A program made the translations under genes and the position numbers. From the IMG/VR virus record IMGVR_UViG_3300043480_000021, positions 5,422-69,421 of that record: 64,000 nucleotides of DNA; one strand, written 5' to 3'. This stretch comes from a virus. Its lineage: Duplodnaviria; Caudoviricetes. Below are positions 1-12,000 of this stretch, piece by piece. The notes below the pieces were generated by a model. It ran no database searches. It saw only the letters and a list, made by a program, of their open reading frames with translations, and was not told the origin of the DNA. Each line of letters begins with the position of its first letter. Positions within the stretch are counted from its first letter, which is position 1.

Positions 1-3000
1 CTCCAAATCTTGTTAAGGTCCAGCCCCTTTTCTTTCGCTATCCGGTTCATCACCCGGATGAACTCGATCGAACGGACGTGAAACTCCTGGACCATGTTGA
101 AGATGTTCACCTTGTCGACAAACCACTCGGCGCCGCGGAACGCGGCATCGGCACCTTTGTCGACCTTGGCCAGGGCTTTGTTCCCGTCTACCTGGTCGTG
201 TTTTACGTCGGCCTCGATATCGGCGTTATACCGGCCGAACATCATTTCGTATTGATAAGCGTAGCGATCGAGGATGCCTTCGGCCATCCGGCGCGATCGG
301 AGAGCTCTCCACGCCTGCAGGGCAAGAATGTCGCGGAATTTGAGCTTTGGATCCAGACCGTCTTCTCCGAGCTTGATCTTCCCCTTGGTAGCCGCTTTCC
401 GAAGGAAAAGGTCGATCGTATCCGTCGCGGTCCTGACGCCGATCGTAAAGCCGCCCGATATCGCGTTATTGAACGCGGTTTTATAGGAGGAGATAAGCAG
501 GCCTTTCCAGATCCTCCGGAGGCGCGGCATATAGCCGACCGGTTTTCTCGAGAGAGCGTCGAGTTTTTTCCGAAGCTCGTTTTCCGCTTGGCGATGGCGT
601 GCGTGAGCGGCGTCGATCTCGGCCCTTGCTTCGTCGGTCAGTTCGGCCTCTTTCTCAGCTCGTGCTTCCTGCACTTTTTCCGCGCGGACCCGCTTCACGT
701 CCCGGACGAACGCCAAACCTTTGCCGATCATGCGGTCGGCTTCCTCTTTGGTGAGGCCGTGGCGGTCGTTCAGGACGCGGGCGATGCCGTTATAGTCGCG
801 CGTCTTGGGGTTGGCCAGCATCAGCGAGGTCTCGCGAAGGATCGGGTCGATATCCTGCTTCTCGGCCTCGTCGATAATGGCCTGCTGCAGCGGGGTAAGC
901 GCCGGATCGGTATCGGTCCCGCTGGTCCCTGCGCTCGTGCTGCCACGTCGAGCCGCGCGGGACTTCTTACCGGTCGCTTCGGGATCCGCGGCCCTGGCCT
1001 GCTTCAGATGCGCGTTCGCGATCTTCCGGGCTTCCTTCTGCTTTTCTTTGCGCTCGGTATACAGCTGATCGATCTCTGCGTCGTTCAGGTCCGGATTCGC
1101 GCTTTTCAGGCGCTCGAGGGCGTTCTTTTTGTTTTCCTCGCGCAGCAGCTCCTTGTATTTCGCGTAGCTCCGGGCATGGATCTGATCTGCGAAAGGACGG
1201 ATCCCCGCTCCGAAGATCTCCTGCAGGCGCAGCGTGAACATTTCGGGCTCGAGCTTGATCATTCCGCGGGCGAGCTCTAGGGCGCCGAACTCTGCGAGCT
1301 CGTTAAGCTCTTCGTCCGTCAAGCCGACATTCTGGGCCGTGGTCACGTCCGCGGCCTTCATAGCCGTCATATTCGCCGCTTTCATGTCCGTCGGCGGGTT
1401 AAACCGGTCACGGAATTTGTCGATGATATCGCTCTCTTTTTCGGCGAGCTTTTTGATTATGGATTCCTTGGCGCGGGATATCCTGTTTTTTGCCCTTCGG
1501 GCGCGACGGCGTTTTTGCCGCTCCACTCGATCGAGCTCGCGGTATTTTTTGAACCGGCGGTCCAGGCGGCCGTACTTGCGCGTGAGCTCGTCGACGGCGT
1601 TTTTCGATTCCTCGAGCTCCTCTGCCATTTTCAGCAGCTCGGCCTCGAGGTCGGGCGTCATTTCAGCGTCCGGATCGAAGCGCTGCATTCGGCGCTTAGC
1701 CGTCTCGACGATAAAGTCGGGCGAGAACGGTTCCATCAGCTTCACGGCCTCGATAAACCGGCCGGCCTCGCGCAGCTTCTCGTCGAGAATATCGGCGATC
1801 TGCGCGGCTTGGCCTTTCTTCGCTTCGTAAAAGTCCTTCTTGCCGGCTTTCAGGTCCGCCCGGGCTTCGCGCTGAAGGCGCTGGACCAGCTCGATAGCTA
1901 ACCCGGTATCGACGGAGGAGAGGTCCTTGCCACTAAGCAGTTTTTGGTAGATGATCTCCGCGACGTTGGCATAGTCCGCCATCTCGGCGACTGCGCGGCG
2001 CACATCGTCGTGAGATCTTATGTCGTAGGTTTTACGGTCGGATTCGTAGCCGTGGGCCCGGAGGGTTTCCGGAAGTGAAGCTATTCCTGGTCCCTTGAGG
2101 ACAGGGGGTCCGAGGTTAAATCTTTCTCCACCTGCGCCACCCGGAGGTGATCCCGGATCTTCTCCCGGAGGGCTTTGGGGTTTTTGACCACCTTGCTCAC
2201 TGTCTCGGCCAGGTCTTCCAGCTTTCTCTCGCCTAGATCGGTATTCTTCGGTCGTTCGTCTGATTTGCTCACGGATGTGTTGCTCCCGAACGGCATCGTA
2301 GTTCTTTAACGCTTGCTCGACATTGATGCCTTTCTCTTCGAGGCGTTTGGCGATCGATTCGAAAAATCCTGCTAAGTATTCTACCGCTTCGTCTTCCGAA
2401 ACACCAAGCTCCTCCATGCCTCCGCGGGCCAGTATTGCCGCGGTCTCGTCCCAGGCAACAGCGTCGCGGACGCTTGCCGGAAATTGGTCCAAATACGCGC
2501 CGTAGATCTGCTTGTATTTTTCTACGGCCGTGTGATGATTCAGGTTGTCCGCGAACCGGTCTTCGGATATCGCGGCGTTAAATATCATGTAGCCGGCGCG
2601 GTGGAATTCTTCCTCGGGGAGGAAGCGATCGTCGACGTAAAAAATGAATCCGCCGGCGCCGTTCTCGGCAGCAATCTCGATCGCGTCGGCCACGTTTTTG
2701 ATATTGAGGACCTCGTTCGTCGTGTAGCCGAGCCGCTGCGCCTCTTTTGCCTGGTCGTTTATGAAACGAATGACTTTCGCCGTGAACTCGCGATTCGATT
2801 TCGTATCTTTCAAAATATCGAAAAGCGCGTAGAACGGGACCTCGAAAGCCTGTGTTTTCGTCTGTTGGAAACGGATCTCCTGGTAGACGCGGCGCAGGAA
2901 CTCCGCGGCCTCGGCGTTGAGCTTGATCCGGTACGATTTTGGGCCGTCGAGCTCGACGCGCATCGGCGCGATAAGGTCTCCCAGGGACGCGCCGACGATC

Positions 3001-6000
3001 TCGTCATAGGATTTTTGGCCCGGCAGCCGTGTAGCGAAGAGTGGCTGGCCCTGCATTACCGATATCTGCATCTCGGGCGTTATCTCAACCGCATGAGCCT
3101 TTTGAGTATTCATGCGCTTCGCAGCAGCTTCCGCATTTTCCTCTATTTTGTAAGGACGTGCGGCACTTTTCTCTCCAATAGGCTTCGAATCGTTACCGAC
3201 GATGTAGAAGTCACCAGTTCCACTCTGAACCACACCGTATTGATTCGTATTGATTTCCGCGGGGGTTACTTTCGCGTCCCATTTTCTAGTGTATTTGTCG
3301 ACGAAATTCGGGATGATCTTGTCGTAGAATCCCTTCATCCCGGAGCCTTCGAGTTTCAAATTGTCGCCGGTATATTCTTTCGTGAGCAGCCCGCCTTCCC
3401 GGTCGGTTTTGATCTTTTCGGCCAGTTCTTTCCCGACGGCAGCGGCGAGACCGGCTTCGTCGTAAACACCGATGTCGAACGGATTACCTCTCAGGCTCAC
3501 GCCCTTGATGCCGTACTGGCCGTCGGAATAGGTATAAGACAGGCTTTTAACCTGCGTCGAAAGGTCGTATCGGTCGTTCTGCGTCTCCCCGGTGGTCCAG
3601 GCGACAGCGCCGTAGCCATTTTCAGCGGCGTACCGAAGGGCGCGCTTAAATGCGAGTTCGTGCCATGATTTTTTGAACGGAGCGTCGAGAACCCCTGTTT
3701 CGTTATTTATAAATGAATCTAAACTGCCCGCATGCGGATTTTTGTCAAAGAACTGCTCGCCCTCTTCTTTCGAGGCAAAATCTTGACCGATATCGCCATC
3801 TGGTTTGCGAAGGAAATATTGTTTTTGAGGCCCCTTCGGACTGTATCCTTGCTCGCGCCCCGCCTGGTGCCAGTCCGATTGAATTTCCTCGATGAACAGT
3901 GTTTTCTTCCCGTCGGCATCAGTCCGGTCGTTAAACCGAATGTGGGCGAGGATATTCGGTTCGTCGAAGTGCTTAGACTGAAAAATTCTGTCGTTCGCAC
4001 TATTGAGATTTTTACGGTTAGCCAGCATTTCCCATTCTTGGCGCTGGGCAATGGACACATCTCCCGTATCCATCGCATCGAGCTTTTGGTACCGCGTGAG
4101 TTGATCGGACGTAAGCGCGGACTCGGATGTCGGCAGCGTTAAAAGCAGTTCCCGGTAATTCTCGCCGCCTGGGAGGACACGATCGGAGTATTTTGTAGGC
4201 GATGCCTCAAAGGGATTGCCTAATCCTTCGTCCATAAATCGTACTTCGGCACCATCGTTCAGATACCTTTTAGCTTCATCGAAAGTATGGAATTGTTTTA
4301 CGCCCTGCGCACTCGTAGCCTCGAAAATCTTACCATCCTCGAAAATCGAGCCTACGCGGATTTTCTGCCCGTGTTCTTCATAAACCGGGTGTGGTCTCGT
4401 GATGTCGGCTTGGAAATAATGTAGCTTACCCTTTCGCCCATTCCGCTCGGTAGACTCCGAGTTCCATTCCTTGATAAAGATATCGCCGGTCCGAAAGGTG
4501 CCGCCTTTGATAACTTCCTCAACCTGGACATTATTTGACCGCACGAAATCGAGGACCTCGTCTTTACTGAACGCATCCTTCGAAGCTAAAAAGTCGTCGA
4601 TTCCGAGCCAATCCAGCTCTTCCTTCTTGATCCCGTATTCGGGCTTTAGTATCCCGCGGACCTGATCGGCCGGCGCGCGCTTCGGCATTTTGTCGGTGAT
4701 CACCTTCTCAACCTGGCTGTAGAAAGTCGGCGCGGGGCCTGGCAGAATGGCCGCCTTCATACCCGTCGGCATCGAGGCCTCGGCGATGAACGCATCGCGC
4801 TCGGCCGCCGTAGAGAAATGGAAACCGGCGACAGCACCGCCTTTGTTAAATTTCGAGTAATATCCGCCGTACCGGGGAGCCATGGTATAGCGGAGCGTGT
4901 TGAAGGTTGCCTTATCAAGCAGCTCCTTGGGTTTCGCGACAAATATCCGATTTCCGTTCGTGGTGTGATCGAACTCGGCCGCGTCGAACATGTCGGACCC
5001 CACGCCGGCGGTCTGCGCGGGAGCGCCTTCTGCTCCTTCCATGGCCGCGGCTGCCGGCGACGGCGTGATCGAAACGGGCCCGGCCTCGCTGGTCACGATC
5101 CGGGGCTCGACCTCCACGTGTTCCAAGTAATCGAAAAGCTCCTTGATATCGTCGAAGTGCGAAAGGTCGAGTCCTCCTCCGCTGGGGAGCTGCTTGACGT
5201 GCTCGGGGAAAAACTGTTTTTCCAGGATGATAATGTGCGTTCTCACCTGCGTCGCGGCCCGCTTGAAAGCTACGCCCGGCAGATGAATATCGCCGATCTT
5301 GTACAGGTCTTTTGCGTCCTCGCTTTTGAGGAACTTCTCGAGCTGTTTGTCCGCGGCCGGGCCATCAGGAATAAGCGCGACTATACGCCCTTGGTTGTGA
5401 AGGTGTTTCGCCGCTTTAGCGACGTGGTCGACCGCAGTTTTCCCGCCGGATCCGAAAGGCGGATTCATGACGATCGTATGGTATTTGTTCGCGCCGGTGT
5501 GATGGTTCTCGAAGATATCGCGCTCGAGACGGCCGTCGGTCACGAGTGAGAGCTGCGCGGCGAGCTCCTGCGAAGGCTCGATAACGGTTTTGCGGTTATC
5601 CGGACGGAACCAACGCGCGATCGCGCCATGCCCGGCTGAAGGCTCGAGGGTGTGTTCGGCGAGTCGCTGGTCCGCCCACTCGACCATCTTCAGGCCGATC
5701 GGCTCCGGAGTAGCATAATAATCTTTACCCTCCGCGGATTTGTTCCTCGAGGTTTTCTTGCCCTTCCCGAAATAGAAGCCGATCGCTTTTTGATAATCGG
5801 TCATAGCGGCCGCAAGGGCGCGGTCGCCCTCTTTTCCGCCGAGGCCCTCGTTCTCGCTGGGCGCGTAATCGGTGACTGCTTCCTGGTACCCGTCGATGAA
5901 CGCCTGACGCAGCGCTCTCGCTTCTTCGCCCAGGGCGAGATTTTCGGCCGTCGACGCTCTTTGTGAGATCTGTGTGCCGAAAGCGTATTGCTCGAAGTTC

Positions 6001-9000
6001 GTGCCCGTCGTGATATACAGCTGGATGGCGTTAGTCTTCGTTCCGACGCGGTAGATGCGGCCTTCGGTCTGGATCGCGGCGATCGGGCGCACAGGAAGCC
6101 CGAGGTTGATCAATACGCGCTGGTATTGACCGGTAGTATCGTGCAGCGATATCCCTTCTCGGCCGGCGTCTGACTGCGAGAGCAGGATCTTCGTGCTGCC
6201 GGCATCGTCGTTAAAATCGGCGACGGCCTCGCGCCGCTTCATTTTCGGTACCGTACCGTTGAACATTTTGACCTGGTCGCCGAACTCCGCGGGAAAAACC
6301 TCGTTAGGCGCGACGAGGGTCGTCAGGTCCAGGCCGACCAGGTCAGGGCGTGCGGCGGTGAATTTCGCGTACACGTCGCCCACGTCGTAGATCTCGCCGT
6401 CGAGCCTGATCACGCCGTTAAAATCAGGACCGAAGTCGAAGGGATGAATAGCCTCGTTTTTGTTGTAATCGTGGAAAACCACTACCTTTCGCCCGGCCTC
6501 GAGTTGCGCCTTTACGATCGGGATCACGCTCCGCGCGTTAATGGCCTCGAGGGTGAAACGTTTTGCGAGGTAATTGAAACGCTTGCGGGCGTACTCGTGA
6601 AGATTCCAGAAGCGGCGCTGCTCGATCGTTTCGAGGGCCTTATTCTGGCTCTGGTCCCAGATGTACTGGAAGCCCTCGTCGATCTTCATTCCGATCGCGG
6701 ATTCCGCAAGAATGAATTTCCTCGAGTAGTCGACGTCGATGTTGAGGCGCCGGCCGCGCAGAGCTCCCGCCTTCTGAAGCATGGAATTAAACTGCTGCTC
6801 CATCAGCTCGGTATTTACATCGGCGTCCGGTTTCGTGAGCTTGTTATAGCGCATCCGGTAACCGAAGTGCTGCATAAAGAAACGGTCCTTCGAGCTCCCG
6901 GAGTTGTAGCCGCCGGTGTCGACGTCCGGACCGTAAGAAAAGAGGTAGCCCTCGGCGTATTCGATGTTTTTCTCGTAAGCGAAAGGCGTCGCGGACAGGA
7001 AGACCACCTTCGGCCGCGCTTCAGTTTCGCGCCGGCGATCGTATTCCGCGTAGGCTGCGTCCTGGAGAGGCTGGAGCGCATCGAGCAATCGCTTATATTT
7101 TGCGTTGGCCTCGTCGTATTTGCCTTTGTCCGCTTCCGAATACGTCCGGCGGTACTGACGACTCGCTTTCTCCTTCTCTTCCCGGGCTGCCTCAAGCTGC
7201 TCGAGCTCCGCGGCATTCTTGACGGCGTGATAGTTCCACTGGCCGCGATCGTGAAGCGCGACGGCGCGAAGCATCTGCACGGCGCCGGTCTCGTCGCCGT
7301 CCTTGTTTTGGGAAAGATAATGAGACTCGTCGAAGATGATCGCGTCCCAGACCCGCTCGATAAGGGTGTTATTCGCGCGGAAATTCGCGTAGGTGGTAAG
7401 AACGGTACCGTCGCGGCCGTGGTCGACCGTGCTTTCAAGGCGCTTAGCATTGATGAGGACGTTTTCCGCGCTGGTCCGCCAATCCTCGAGGATCTTGTCG
7501 TTCGGCGCGATGATCAGTATCGACTTTTTGCCCTGCCGGTGGAGGCGTTTTGCTATGCCGAGCCCGGTGTAGGTTTTTCCGGTACCGGTGCCGTTCGTGA
7601 AAAGAACGCCCTCGCCCTCTTCGAGCCGGTTTTCGGCGAAAAGAACGTCTTCGTGTTGTTCGGGAAGTAAAAAGGGAAGCGTTGCCCGGATGTTATCCAG
7701 GTCGCGTAAGACGAGCTCGTGAGATTCGGCCTCTTCCTGAAGCCGGCGCTTTTCGCCTAGTTCAGAGTTGCGTTGAGCAGCTGCCCTAACTGCGTCGCTT
7801 GGTCGATATTCAAAAAGGAGTCCCGAGTCGCTATCTGGACCGCCTCGTCCGTCGTCAAAATCTCCGGAAGTACTTGCCTGATCGCCGGGTGGTGATTCGC
7901 GTACCTCGATATCGCCACGCGTTCCGCCAGGAGCGGCGCCAGCTCCAGGTACGATATCGCTACCTTCGGATCCACTCCCTTGTTCTCCAGCTCGGTCGCT
8001 GCTCGTTCGTGCGCTATCGCCATCTCGTCCGCTTTCAGCGTTAGGAAGTTCCTGCCGAAATTCGTCGCCAGGCCGTTCGCTGCTATCTCGTGCCAGATCT
8101 TCGGTGCTACTTGCAACATCTCCGTACTCCTTGGCCGCGTCGAGCTGGTCCAGCCTTTTGTTGAAAAAGCCTTCAAACCGGCCCGCGCCAATTTCATCAT
8201 AGACCTCTCTTTGCGCGCTTGTAAACTCCGTTGCGCCAAAGAGACCGCCCTGCAGGATGAATTCTTCGAACGGCATCCCGCGCATTTCGGCCTCACCTAT
8301 CTCCTCGATCGCGGCCACAACGTCGCCTACAAGATCGAGCGCCGGCCGTCCTTTTGCTTCGATATCACCTCGTCTGGCCAGGACTATGCCTGCGGCCCTC
8401 GAGGCGTGGGGTGTCGACGGGTTTGCCTTGCGCTCTATCAACAGCCGTCCGAGTTCCGGACCGAAGACGTTCATATTGCGCTCGCGCTCGGTATCGGTCG
8501 CGTTTTGCTTCAGCCGGGCGATCTGCTCACGCTTGCCGGCGTCATTATCCGGCGTCTCTCCGATCGCGGCCGGTCCGCCCACGGCGAACAGGCCTTCCTG
8601 GTCGAGACCGCCCATGTCGAAAAGCGTGTCTCCGGCGGGCGGGAGCGTCTGCGTGGCCTGGTCCGCCGGAGCTGCAGGAATTTCGTCCACCGTGGCGGGA
8701 GCGTCTTCCGTAGCAATTTCGGGCTTTTCGGCGGTTGCCTGGACTACTTTATCGGTTTCGGCCGAAAACTGGTCCAGTGCCTTGTCGATCGCCGCGATAT
8801 CATTCATCCCCGCGGTGAAGTGCGAGGTTTCCGGATCGAACTGGACGGCCAGGTACCAGGATTTGAGATAAGGGATCACGCCGGCGCCGAGGTCCTCGAT
8901 CATCGCCTTGGCATAGTCGGCGAAAAGACGCGCGCCGGCTTCGATGTGGTAGGCTGCGAGCTCGATCCCTGCTTTCGCTACATCCGGATCCAGACCGGCG

Positions 9001-12000
9001 TTGTGCTGGGTGCCTTTAAGCTTTTCACGGAGCAGCTTCCGCGCGGCCTCGGCTTTGTCCTCGGTGACGAAGGTGTTTTTCTTGCCGTATTCGGTTTTCT
9101 GTTTTTTCGCCTTCTTTTCCTGCTCGAAGTAGGCCCGCTGGTCGATCGCAAGCCCGCCCATGCCGGAGAGATCGAGATCGCCGTCCTCGGCCTGCGCGTC
9201 TTTCGCCGCCTTGGCCATTTCCTGACGACCTTCTTCCGTGCGGAAAGGGCTGATCGGCTCGTCGACCGTTTTCGCTTCCTCTACGAGGCGGTCGATCTCG
9301 TTCCGGAGCGTGAGACCGAAAGACTCGGCAGCCATCTCGTCGTAAAACGTCTGGGCGCGTTCGCTGAGAGCGCTACGCGGGGCAACTGTCCACCAGGCAT
9401 AAATGCCATTCCAGAGGTCCTCAAGCAGCGTAATGGCTTCTTCGCGATCGATCCCGGCAAGCTTGTCTGCCTGATTTACGGCCTGCTTGAGTGCGAGGCG
9501 CATAGCTCCGGATTGTGCGAACTGGTCCATGCCCGACGCGCGGCGGCCGCCCCAATCGTCGACAAGAGAAGCCTCGCGGGATTCCGGGAAGAGCTCCGGC
9601 AACGTTTTTGCGGTTTTTACGTCTTCGTCGACGAGGTCAGAGAAAAGAGCGGGCGCGGCCTCGGCTTCCTTCGCGGGCTCCCCGATCCTTCCTGGCGCTG
9701 CGGCCTCTTTCTGGGGTTCAGCTACATTTTCGCCGAAGTCGAAGCTGATATCTTCTTCAGCATCGGACTCGTTTTCTTCGTCGGAAAAGTCGAAAGAGAG
9801 GTCTACTCCGTCGCTTTCGGGTTCGGTTTCGTCGAGGATTTCTTCGCTATCGGGGTTGAAGATGCTTTCCGGGCCATCTTTGCGGCCAGCATGTGGCCGG
9901 CCATCGAGAGCATCGGCACTGCTTTCTTCAGGCGGTCCAGCCTCGCCCCGCCGGGCGACGTGGGTAAGGAGTTCATTGATGATCGATCGGGTTTCTTCTT
10001 CACTGAGTCCATAATTATATCCTAGTTTGACCAAATCATCCTGTTTTTCTTCCGAGATCTCGCCGTCGAGCTCCAGGTCCTCAAAGATCGGCCAGGCTTT
10101 GTCGTCGGTCAGGAAAAGCTCTATCTCGTATGTTTTCTTAAATTCGGCGCGGTTCATACCCGCGAGAATGGTCTCCAATTGCTCTTGCTGAATTTCCTCG
10201 CGCTGGTGATCATCGACGAGCTCCGCGGCGTCCTTTTCGCCGCCTTCTTCAGTAACGAAGTACCGGCGGATGCCGCGGGCGTCCTCTTCGATCAGGTCGA
10301 GGAATACGTTCGGATCGCGGTCCTGAACATCCGGCCACAGGTCGCGCAGGTATCCCATTTCCCAAGCATGCTCGGCCATGTGCTCGGCGTTGTACCTCGA
10401 GTTTCGATTGACGAGGCCGATCTTTCCGAGCTCCTTTTGCGAAATGCGCTCGAGCTCTCCGCCCAGGCGTCCGCGTTTAGCGTCGTCCGTGTCCGGACGG
10501 ATACCACCGGAGGATTGAACGAACTGCCAAAGTGATTTTGCCTTTCCGGGCCTTCCACTCGGCCGCGCGGGCTTACGAGCAGCAATACGCTCGTTATTGG
10601 CGTTGAAGGCTTCACTCTCGAAACTGCCGGCGATCTCGCCGGAGACGTTGCCAGCGGGCGCATGCGTGATTTTGACGCGGGTTTTTCCGGTCACCTCATA
10701 CTCGTAGCCTTTCCAGCGCAGCCGGGCCCGATTTTGCTTCTTCCGGAGGATGCTGGCGGTCGACCGCGAAACGTCGACGCTAACAGCACTCTCTAAAACC
10801 GAGGGTTTTACCTTTTTCGGCGATTTACGGAAGTATTCCCGCTTCGAGATCTTGTCTCTGACGATACGGTCGAGATCGCCGGGCTGAACATTCTCGAGAT
10901 CCTGCGCGTGATAGCCGAGTTTGCGGAGGATCCGGGTCCGCAAAGACTTGAGAGGTTTGGCGGCGTGAGTTTTTTCGCGCAGGTCGACCTCGGCGATCCG
11001 TTCGCCTTTTACCGGCAGCTCGAAGCGTTCGAAGACATTCCGCGCGCCGGTATCCGTTTGGACGGGCTTTTGAGAAGTAACCAGGTTGGAGACGAATTTC
11101 TCCTTCGGCGATTCCGGCATCGAGGGTTTCGCTTCCTGGATCCAGCGCATCGTGTCCTCAGCCGTCTTTTCCTCTTCACGCTTCTTGACGGCGTCGGAGA
11201 CCGGCATAACGACCTGCGAGACGGGCTCATCCGGAAAATGAGCTGCATCCTGTGCTTTCTGCTCCTCGATATTCGCGGGATCCGTAATGACGCTCGACGA
11301 AAGCTCCCGGCCGGTCTGATCCTCGGTTCGGACGACGTCTCCGGTTGCTGTGTCGCCGGTATGATCCTCAACCTTTCCGAGCATGTCGGAATAGCCCTTT
11401 TCCTGTACGTGCGCGGCGATCTCCTCGGGAGAGTTAAGACCGAGCTGCTCCTTTGCCTTTTCGGTGTTTACAAAGAGGACGCCCTCGTCCACAGGGACCG
11501 GTATAAGTTTTTCCGCGCCGGGCCCGTTTATCAGCTCGCCCTGTCCGGATTCGGTAAGGAGGACGGCGGACCGCGGCGATTCGTCGATCAGAGTGCTTAC
11601 GATCTGCTTTTGGATAGTAAAGTCCGATTCCGGCGACGTGGGCGCGGGTCTGGCCTGTTCCGGCGCCTGGACCGGAGCTTCGGCGGAATTGTCGGCGCCG
11701 AGGATATCGTCGACAAGACTAACGCCGGAGGGATGCGCTTCAACAGGCGCGGATTCCGCGGCCGGCGCGGGTGTTTCTGGGGAGAGGGGAATAAGAATAT
11801 CCGGGCGGTCCTCGTCCTCGATCGGCTTCGCCTCGAGGATCTCCTCGTCGCGCGGGATAACAACGTCTCCGACCTTTTCTTTTGAGGGAACACTGATACC
11901 GGATTTTTCGGCAATATCTTTCGAGATAACGACCTGCCTCTGCTGGAGCGCTGCGAGCTCGCGCCGGAGCTTCCAGATCTGTTTAAGAACGCCGCGGTTA

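Noticed and set aside
4352-4942. Other minus-strand alternate-frame ORFs inside the giant gene (4352-4576, 4757-4942; likewise 8510-8716, 11009-11371, 11597-12145, 13271-13693)
   Set aside because: They have the R/S/P-rich composition typical of out-of-frame reading, no SD, and the main frame there is clearly globular.
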